This document shows, piece by piece, positions 10,901-19,384 of a stretch of 64,000 nucleotides of DNA. Under the pieces are notes generated by a model, which was not told where the DNA came from, searched no databases, and saw only the letters and a list, made by a program, of their open reading frames with translations. The stretch lies in contig OZ251237.1 of NCBI GenBank assembly GCA_965240325.2, forward strand, positions 930,001-994,000, in the 5' to 3' direction. The first letter of the stretch is position 1; each line of letters begins with the position of its first letter. The stretch is from Rebecca billardiae RCC1528 (taxonomy: Eukaryota; Protista; Haptophyta). A program made the translations under genes and the position numbers.

Positions 10901-13900
10901 TCGCGCACTCGCTGCTGCTCAGCGCGGCCGAGCTCGAGGCCGAGGAGCTCGAGCAGCGGAAGGTCACCTGGGAGAAGCTCGTGACCAAGCTGCGCGACCG
11001 CGTGGCGGCGCTGCGCGCGGCTGGCGGTGTCGACCCGGTCACCGGCGCGGCGAACGGCGGGAAGAAGAAGGGCATCGTCGCGCTGCTCGAGAGGTTCGAC
11101 ATCCAGGTGGGCTCGCGCGAGATTGTCTCCGCAGAGGCGGGCGTCGAGAACGGCGCGAGCACGACGACGGTGTGGCCGTGGTACATCGTCTCGGTCCACT
11201 CTCGGATGAACAAGCTGAGCGTGTGGCTCTTCTACATCACCGCGCTGTGGGACGTGCTCACCGTGCCGATGCAGCTGTGCTTCTTCGAGGAGGTGGTGCT
11301 GATGCGCTGGGTGCCGTACGTCAACCTCGTGTGCGACGCGCTGTACATGCTGCGCATCATCCTGCGCTTCAACACGACGTTCATCAACGACAAGTCGGTC
11401 GAGGTGTTTGCGCCGTCCGAGGTGCGCGCGCACTACCTCTCCAACGACTTTGGCCTCGACGCGTTCGCGTGCTGGCCGCACGACCAGGTGCTGTGGGTGC
11501 TCGGCATCGACCCGATGATCCGCTTCGGCGTGCGCCACCTGCGCATGATCAACGCGCGCTACCTGCTCGGCGCGTTCAAGGTGTGGCGGTCGAACCTCTC
11601 CGAGCGCCAGATGGGCCGGATGCTGCTCAAGAACGCGCTGCCGCTCATCCTGATCATCCACTACTGCGCGGGCGTGTGGAACGTGATCGGCTTCTCGTCG
11701 ATGGCGCTCGGCCAGTGGGACAACACGTGGGCCACGTACTACCTGCGCCAGCGCGTGATGGTGGGCGGCGAGGATGGGCTGCTCACGCAGATGGCGCCCG
11801 AGGAGCGGCTCATGGAGCACTACATCACCGCGGTCTTCTTCGTGCTCTCGCTCGTCTCTGCGCTCGGCGTCGTGCAGCTGCCCGCCACGTACGTCGAGTT
11901 CTCGATGTTCGTGTGCTTCTGCGTGATCAACATGACCATCTGTACGTGCCGCGTGCGCAGCGAGCGGACCACCTCGCGCGCGCGCTCACGCGCTTCCTCT
12001 GCGCGCACGCCCCGGCGCCCGCGCGCCACCTGTGCGCCGCAGACGCGTACTGCGTCGGCGGCATCTCGGGCATCGTGATGAAGATGGACGACGAGATCGT
12101 CGGCAAGCGCGCGCACCTCGAGCTCGTGCACGCGTACGTGCGCCACGTGAACGTGCCGGCCGATCTGAAGGAGCGGATGACCAAGTTCTTCGTCGACAAG
12201 ATGCAGCACGCCTCCTTCTCCAACATCGACTCGGAGCAGATCTACACGGGGCTGCCCGTGCCGCTGCAGATGGAGATCTCGTCGAACACCAACCGCGCGC
12301 TCATGGCCAACACCACGCTGCTCAAGGGCTGCGACGAGGGCTTCATCGACCGGCTCTCGGGCGTGCTCACCGAGCGCGAGATCGAGGCGGAGACGGTGAT
12401 CTACCGCACGGGCGACCAGTGCAAGGAGCTGATCCTGCTCGCCTCGGGCTCGGTCGAGATCTGCGACGGCGACGATGCCGAGCAGAGCGACGACAAGAAC
12501 CAGACGGCCGGTCCGGGCGAGTTCCTCGGCGAGGTCGCGTTCATCTTCGGGATCAGACATTACAAGACGGCCAAGGTGAGCCGCAACGACAAGGCGACCA
12601 CGTTCGTGCTGAACCAGGAGCTGTACCGCGAGCTGCTCAAGTCCTTCCCGGCCCAGGAGGACACGCTCATGGACAACGCCGTCCGCCAGTATGAGGGCCT
12701 GAGTACGCGCGGCGCGCGCGCGCGCGCGCGCGCATGCGCTCGCGGGCCACGCGGCCCTCAACTCTCGGCGCGCGCGCATGGCTGACGCGATGGCTGACTG
12801 CTCGCGCCCGCCACGCACCCCTCTCCCGGCGCTGCGCGCACGTGCGGATGTGCGCAGCCATGGGCTCGGCGCGCTCTGGCCGCTCCAAGGCCTCCTCCGG
12901 CAACCGCAGCAGCCACAGCTCGGGCTCGGGAGGCGGCAGCTCGCAGCACAGCAGCAGCCTTGATGCCAGCTCGCAGGATGGCCGCTCGGAGACTGGCAGC
13001 TCGGGTGGCGCCTCCGACATCATCTCGCTGCAGCAGGTGCGCCGGCCGCCAGCGCGATCGCGCCCCATCCCGCGCCTCCCGCGTGCACGGCGCTGAGCCG
13101 CGCTCCGCCCGGCGCTCCGCACGCGCGTGGCGCGCGCGCGCGGCGCCACTGCACAGACGCTCGCCAACGCGAAGGCGAAGCGCGATGAGATGATGCACGC
13201 GAAGATCTGCACGGCGTGCGTCAAGGGCGAGTTCGAGAAGGTGCGCCGGCTGATCTCGGCACGCTCGATGGATGTCGACCACGCCGACTCGCACGGCCGC
13301 CGCCCGCTGCAGCTCGCCGCATGCGGCGGGCACAAGAAGCTGATCGAGCTGCTGCTCGCCGCGCGCGCAGACGTGAACGCGGAGGACAAGATCGGGCACA
13401 CAGCGCTCGACGACGCGCTGCAGTCGGACAACTTCGAGACCGCGGCGCTGCTCGCGAGCCACGGCGGGCTGCACGGCACGCGCAACGTGTCCGAGGAGAT
13501 GTGCGCGGCCGGCGCCGTGCCGGGCGGCACGGCGGTGCTGCAGCGGTTCTGCTCGTTCGGCGGCAACGTGAATGCGGGCACGCTCGAGCTGCGCTCGGCG
13601 ACGCACGTGGCGGCGGCGGAGGGGCGGACGGAGAACCTGCTGCTGCTCATCGACAACAACTCCGACGTGAACAACCGCGACCTCCGCGGCGCGACCGCGC
13701 TGCAGGACGCGCTACTCGGCCACCAGGACGAGGCGTGCGCGCTGCTCGTCAAGCACGGCGCCAAGCTCGGCGAGTTCGACATCGCGCGGTACGTGAACGA
13801 GTCGGCGACGCTGCCGGACGTGGAGAACCTCAAGCGGATCATCACGTTCGCCTGCTCCGTCAACCAGCAGGACGAGCTCGGCCGCGCGCCCCTCCACCTC

Positions 13901-14762
13901 GCCGCGTCGTCACGCAACGTGAACGGCCTCAACTTCCTGGTCGGGCTGCCGGACATCGAGATTAATCTGGAGGATGCGTTCGGGAATACGGCGTACGACG
14001 ACGCGCTGCGCGACGGGACGGACGAGGGGAAGGTGGTGCTGGCGATCCTGCTCGCGCGCGGCGGCAAGCCCGGCTCGCACGTCCATCGCCCGACCAAGTT
14101 CCGCACGGACGTCGAGGCGGCGCGCATCAAGGTGATGCGCGCCGGCATCGACCAGCGCGAGCAGATGCTGCGCGACGTGGTCGCGATGCGCGCGTGGGTG
14201 AAGGAGGAGAAGGAGGCGAATAAGTTGCTGAAGGAGCAGGTCGACAAGGCGGTGCAGCTGCAGCGCAACCGCGGCGCCGTGCTCGCCGACGAGATGCCCG
14301 AGCTGTGGGACCATCTCTACAACTATGCCGGTGCGCGCGCGTGGCCCGCGCCACGCCCTGCCAACTGCCGCGCGCCCGCGCGCGCTACGCGCGACGCGCG
14401 TGCTGCTGACTTTGCGCGCACGCGCGCGCCCACCCGTCCGCCCGGGCGCAGAGGGCTACTTCGACTGGCGCGACGACGCGACGGGCACGCTCGCGCCCCT
14501 CATCGACCGCTGGTCCGACGACGCCAAGGAGTTCGCTCTCTTCGCCACGAAGAAACTGAAGTCGAAGGTGCGCCCGCGCGCGGGCGGGGCGGCAGGGGGC
14601 TCGCACGCGCGCACCGCTCACACGCGCACGCGCGCCCGCGCCGCGCACCCCCCGCCCCCGCAGTACGACGACATCATCGCGCTCGGCGACACGGACGCCA
14701 AGCCGGTCGAGAGACTGTATGAGGTCACCTTCCGCAAGCCGGTCAAGGCGGACGCGAGCTGA
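4934..14762 (+). CDS. Tandem two-repeat voltage-gated/cyclic-nucleotide-binding-domain cation (K+) channel with ankyrin repeats (~2950 aa)
   Basis: Introns at 5840-6016, 6611-6816, 11942-12042, 12703-12857, 13037-13156, 14331-14451 and 14568-14663 give a spliced length of 8853 nt (2951 codons). Repeat I: S1-S6 with pore SLYMAWMGLTSMGYGTI, C-linker, CNBD (GEVAFFIGLPHPYTA) and ankyrins (RTPLHLAC, GRTALHVAA, GRTPLHFAV). Repeat II: S1-S6 with pore AVFFVLSLVSALGVVQLP, CNBD (GEFLGEVAFIFGIRHYKTA) and ankyrins (GRRPLQLAA, GHTALDDA, GRAPLHLAA). Confidence 0.85.
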
Positions 14763-15143
14763 TTGGCTGAGGGCGGACACTCGGCGGGCGCGAGGGGCTA
14801 GGCGCGCACACAGAACCCTTTGTTTGCTTGCTTTGGAGCTTGAAGACCAAGTCGTGATCATCCGGTGCTGTGCTCGATGATGCACAACGCGTGGCGGCGC
14901 GTGCGAGGACTCACACCACACGAGTCAAGGACGTGTGCGCGCTACTGTGCGATTGCTGCGAATGCTGCTGCTGCTACTGCGAAGAATGGAGAGTGGTGAT
15001 GATGGTTATTTTATAATGTTATCTTCTTGGAGACGTCGCAGGCTCCGAAGCGCTCGAACCCCTGCTGAGACTGCTACAGGCATCATGATCATATCCTACC
15101 ATCATCTGCTGGGGCATTGTCATGCGCCAAACCGTTTGCGCGA

Positions 15144-15145
<2 letters not shown>

Positions 15146-15232
<87 letters not shown>
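15146..15232. repeat. (AT)n microsatellite, ~43 units
   Basis: Uninterrupted ATAT run read directly, between two convergent genes. Confidence 0.97.
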
Positions 15233-15233
<1 letters not shown>

Positions 15234-15964
15234 CGCAGTAGCTATATAGTGTAACAGTATATCGTCAGCATAATATATTGTATGCTGATAGATCCGTAGT
15301 CGGCCCGGACTCGGCCAGATCCGCGAGTCTGACGCGTGCTGCGCGCGTCAGGCCGGCGTCATCGGCGATCGGTCAGAACTGCTGAGCAGATCGATGAACA
15401 ACTACGACGTCGATGCCAGTAGTAGTACGACGACGGCTGCTCGCTTGCAGCACGTGGAGCAGCTGTCATCGGAGTGAGAGAGAGTCGTCAATCGTCATCG
15501 CTGATCGCAGTTCGCATCGCGGCACCGTGTAAATACGTAGTAGTACTACTACGACTACTACTATGACGAGTTCGTACTTACTGCTATACGACTACGGTAT
15601 ACTGCCGAGTGCTAGTACTCACTAGAGTAGTAGTACTACTCGTAGCATATATATCATATGTGCGGTCGCAGGCCGGATATATCTTGGATCATCATTTGCG
15701 CGCCGGCCGGCGGCACGGCCGCGGAGCGCCCGCGCGGGCCAATATCTCAATCTGAACGCCGTCGTAAGCTACCGACTACCGCGAGTCGGGCATATCCGAG
15801 AAGTCGGCTCAGTGCGGACCGTGCATGCAGCAGTCCGGCCAGCAGTCGTCCGGTAGGCGGTACTCTCCGGTGATCACTCGACGACGATGATTATTATTTA
15901 CTAATATAATTAATTGGGCGGCTACGTACGAAGAACTCGACGAACGGAAGAACCAACGGTAAGC

Positions 15965-17221
15965 TCAGTTTTCTTCACCAGCTTGCAACCAGCTGCCCAT
16001 ACGGAGCGTCTCGACCGGGACGCGCTCAGCAAGTCGTGGCCACACCGAGCGCAAAACATCCTCAGTCGCTTGTGAGGCGCTACTGAGGCCAGAGACGAAG
16101 CGGGCACGTTGGTCGTTTGTGTTGCTGATGATGGTGCACTTACCTTTGACTTTGTTCTTGAAGTCCAGCGCTCGATGCTGTTTCCCAACGCCGACGGGCA
16201 GGGTCGCGTCACGGCCGTGCCCTTGCCTGTACTCCTTCAGCTTGCACTCGGCATACGAGCGCGAGTAGTAGTGGTAGAGCTGCAGGTCTCTGTACTCATA
16301 GAACTTGCTTTCCGTGAGCTGAGTCACGTCCACGCCGAGCGGCCACTGGCCACCTGCCTCCTGGAATCTCTCAAACAAGCCTGTCTTGCGCCACCCAAAG
16401 GCGCACTTCATGTTCGCTCTGAGCGAGGTGAGGGGTGCCGGATAATGTCTATCCGTCAACGAGCCGTTGCTCACGTCAGCGGGAGGGTATTGCTCGATCA
16501 CCGTGTGCTGCCACGCCCCGACTCCCCGGCCGACGCGTATGATGGGCTTGCCGAAGCACGTCGTGTATGTCGGGCCCGTGCTGTCAGCCTCTGTCCGCAC
16601 GTACGCTCGCGGCTCGAAGAAGAAAGGCCCAAGCGTCTCGGTCGGCGGCACCGGCGTCTGTGGAACGCCTGAGGCTGCGGTCACGTCGTAAAAGGTGAGC
16701 CTGGGCATGATCAAGCCAAGGATGTGATCAGGCACTCTGCGGAGTACCGAGGGCAGACTCCACGCCACCCAGTCGCTGGTATTGGCACGCCTGTGACGCG
16801 GGCGCCCAAAATGCATGTACTCGTCGCCGTCGGGAAACGCGAGCCAATCCGCGTCTCGAGCGGCCTCAGTCGTGCGGATGCAGTGGCCGCGGGCTTCGTC
16901 CTGGTTCCCGACACGCGTGGTGGTCCAGGGAAACACGCGTATGTACTTGGCCCACGACCGCAGCGCTTCGAGCCAGGCAGCGCTCTCCGGTGGGTCCGCC
17001 GTGCGGTCGTCGATGTAAACCCACGCGCTCTCGACGCCGATGAGCCGATGGTAGGCGAGGTGGTGGAAGAGGGTATGCTTTTCGTATTCGTACAGCGCGA
17101 TGATGCAGATACGCACCGACGTATCTTCCTTCCCCCACGCGCTTGCTTCCCCATCGCGCTGGCCACCTCCGATCGCGCTGGCCACCACCAGCGCGATCGC
17201 CGCAGTGCCAACGGCGCCCAT
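15965..17221 (-). CDS. Glycosyltransferase, GT92/DUF23 (GT-A fold)-like, secreted or type II membrane
   Basis: N-terminal hydrophobic segment MGAVGTAAIALVVAS. Motifs include ICIIALYEYE...LAYHRLIGVESAWVYIDD, a DxD-containing DWLAFPDGDEY, KPI, and C-terminal LYHYYSRS. Appears intronless. The start is chosen at ATG 17221, not the upstream ORF start. Confidence 0.7.
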   Translation of the reverse strand: MGAVGTAAIALVVASAIGGGQRDGEASAWGKEDTSVRICIIALYEYEKHTLFHHLAYHRLIGVESAWVYIDDRTADPPESAAWLEALRSWAKYIRVFPWTTTRVGNQDEARGHCIRTTEAARDADWLAFPDGDEYMHFGRPRHRRANTSDWVAWSLPSVLRRVPDHILGLIMPRLTFYDVTAASGVPQTPVPPTETLGPFFFEPRAYVRTEADSTGPTYTTCFGKPIIRVGRGVGAWQHTVIEQYPPADVSNGSLTDRHYPAPLTSLRANMKCAFGWRKTGLFERFQEAGGQWPLGVDVTQLTESKFYEYRDLQLYHYYSRSYAECKLKEYRQGHGRDATLPVGVGKQHRALDFKNKVKGKCTIISNTNDQRARFVSGLSSASQATEDVLRSVWPRLAERVPVETLRMGSWLQAGEEN

Positions 17222-17408
17222 GCACTTCGGGGGTCCGGGCGCGCGGGAGTCGGGACTACGTACTCCCTGTACGATGAGGATACTGTCAGCTAGTAGTAGT
17301 AGTACGCGTACTACTGAGTACTGTACGACATTTACTGTCGTAATTGAGGCGGTCATCGTCATCGTCATCATCTGATGACCACTCGCAAGCCAAGTGAGCT
17401 CGTCGTCA

Positions 17409-19229
17409 TCACGCGATCACAACGTCATCGTCGGGGAGACCGCCGCCACCGGCAGCTGCCGCAGTGCCGCCCGCGCCCGAACCAAGCTTGAGTCGGCGGG
17501 CCTCCGCTTTGCGCTTCAGCTTCTGCTGCTTTCGCAGGCTGACGGGAACTGCGTACGTCTCGAGTGCCGACTCGTGCTGCGTGAGCGCCGCGAGGCGTGG
17601 CGTGGAGCCATCAGGGTGGGCGCGGGGGCAGCAGGGGGGCGTCAGCGCGTGACGCGAAGCGCCGTGCGTGTGGGCGCGTGGCGTCGCCCCCACGCCGCGT
17701 GGCCCTAGGCCTACCTTCCGGCGCGCGATCGGCTCTCGCGCGTGCGCCGCGGGCTTCGCGGCGACCGCGCGGCGGCCGCTGCCGGCCTGCATCCCCTGCA
17801 GCAGCGCGCGCGCGCCCACGTCGTCCTCGAGGGGCTCCGGCCCGTCCTCGTCCGCGTCGCTGCCGCCGTCACTCGATCCGCTCGTGGCTGTGTCTCCCTC
17901 GGGCCGTTGCCCCACCGCCCCGGCTCCGCCGCCGGCGGGCAGGGCGCTGGGCCGCGGTTGCACGGCCGGGGGCTGCGCGAGCGCGTCGGGGTCGAACGCG
18001 GGGGCGAGGTCCGTGAGGATCGCCGCGCCGTCGTCCGCGCTCTCGGCGGCGAGGGGCACTTTTGAGAAGTAGGGAAGCGCGCCGCTGCACCACTCGCGCA
18101 GCACGACGCGCGCCGCGAGCTCCTGGTCGATGCTGCCGCCCTTGCGCAGCAGGCCGCGCTTGAAGGCGATGAGCGCGAGCAGCTCGCCGGGCTCGGCGAA
18201 CGGGCCCACCTCGAAGTGCTCGCGCACGCACTCCGCCGAGCAGCGGCGCAGCAGCACGCCCATGGTCACCAGCGGGTCGATGGGCGTCTCGACGGGAAGG
18301 ACGTTTCTGAGAACCATCTCCGCCTCCTCCTCCGCGCTCCGGGGCTTGCTGAAGACGATGCCCGGGGAGTCGACGAGCTTGACCTTGCGGTCGAGGGCGA
18401 CGACCTGCACGCGGCGCGTCACGCCCGGCGTCGCCCCCGTCGTCACGGCCTTCGCCCGCTTCAGCGCGTTGATCACCGAAGACTTACCCACGTTCGGATA
18501 GCCGACCACGCCGACCGTGATCGCGGTCGTGATCTTGTCCGAGCGCGAGTACGACTTGAGGAGGCCGATGAGCGCGTCGACGGAGTGGACGCCCGCGGGC
18601 GCGGTGCCCGGCGCGCCGCCGCCGCCCTCGGCGCTGCTGCCCGCCGCGCGCTTCGCGCCGCTCGACGAGGCGCTGAAGGCGATGGTCGGGTGGAATCGGC
18701 GCAGGTAGCGTACCCACCCCTCCCGATTCTCCGCGGGCACGAGGTCGGCCTTGTTGAGGACGATGACGATGCGCTTGGGCACGCGCTGCTCGAGGGCGGT
18801 CGCCTCGAGCGCCGCGCACCGGCAGCCGAGCGGGTCGCGCGCGTCGACCACCTCCAGCAGCACGTCAGCCATCGCCACGACCCGATCCAGCTCCTTGTGG
18901 AATGAGCGCTGCGAGCCGCCGTGCATGGGCAACGAGGGCGCGTTCGCGTCGTCGGCCGAGGCGGGGGCGGACGGGTGGTCGGCTGCAGCCCGTCGCTCGA
19001 ACATCCGACGCCGTCGCTCGGCTTGCTTGCTCAGCTTGGCCAGATCGCGCTCACGGGGCTCAGGCGCGGCCGGGGGCGGCGGCGCTAGCCCGCGCGCGGC
19101 CGCGAGGCGCTCTGCCCGCGAGTTGGCGCTGTTCTGCCGCGCAGAGGCCACAAGCCGCTGCTGCTGCTGCGCCGGGCGCCGCTTCCCACTGGCCTTGATC
19201 GGCGCGCGCCGCTTCTGACTGTGCTTCAT
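17409..19229 (-). CDS. GNL3: Nucleostemin/GNL3-like (NUG1) circularly permuted GTPase
   Basis: Basic N-terminus MKHSQKRR; FHKELDRVVAMADVLLEVVDARDPLGCR; G4 NKAD precedes G1 GYPNVGKSS; G2 TPGVT; G3 DSPG; RGLLRKGG...AARVVLREW. Confidence 0.9.
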   Translation of the reverse strand: MKHSQKRRAPIKASGKRRPAQQQQRLVASARQNSANSRAERLAAARGLAPPPPAAPEPRERDLAKLSKQAERRRRMFERRAAADHPSAPASADDANAPSLPMHGGSQRSFHKELDRVVAMADVLLEVVDARDPLGCRCAALEATALEQRVPKRIVIVLNKADLVPAENREGWVRYLRRFHPTIAFSASSSGAKRAAGSSAEGGGGAPGTAPAGVHSVDALIGLLKSYSRSDKITTAITVGVVGYPNVGKSSVINALKRAKAVTTGATPGVTRRVQVVALDRKVKLVDSPGIVFSKPRSAEEEAEMVLRNVLPVETPIDPLVTMGVLLRRCSAECVREHFEVGPFAEPGELLALIAFKRGLLRKGGSIDQELAARVVLREWCSGALPYFSKVPLAAESADDGAAILTDLAPAFDPDALAQPPAVQPRPSALPAGGGAGAVGQRPEGDTATSGSSDGGSDADEDGPEPLEDDVGARALLQGMQAGSGRRAVAAKPAAHAREPIARRKVGLGPRGVGATPRAHTHGASRHALTPPCCPRAHPDGSTPRLAALTQHESALETYAVPVSLRKQQKLKRKAEARRLKLGSGAGGTAAAAGGGGLPDDDVVIA

Positions 19230-19384
19230 CTTGACCCACGGCCGCGGAGGGCGCCACGTGGGACGATGCGGTCCTTGGTCAGGGCCGTGGCTTGCACCTG
19301 GGCATCCATCCACGATGGCGTCTGCCTCGGCTCGCTGGGGGGTAGGGTGGGTGTGGTAGGGGGCACCCCACCCATAGCAGGCGA
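19230..19384. promoter_or_regulatory. Putative bidirectional promoter GNL3 / INTS9 (155 bp)
   Basis: Head-to-head geometry only. Confidence 0.5.

Noticed and set aside
6421-11820. 1799-aa antisense ORF to the channel (likewise 9540-12785, 54546-57035, 57954-61604, 60388-63432)
   Set aside because: Expected by-products of strong GC3 bias; Arg/Ala/Gly-rich with no domains.
4934-14762. Apparent frameshifts or split ORFs suggesting pseudogenes or recoding (also in NTT, kinase, HECT and dynein)
   Set aside because: All breaks are explained by GT-AG introns that restore the frame.
14935-15249. ORF ending in (IY)n
   Set aside because: Translation of the (AT)n microsatellite.
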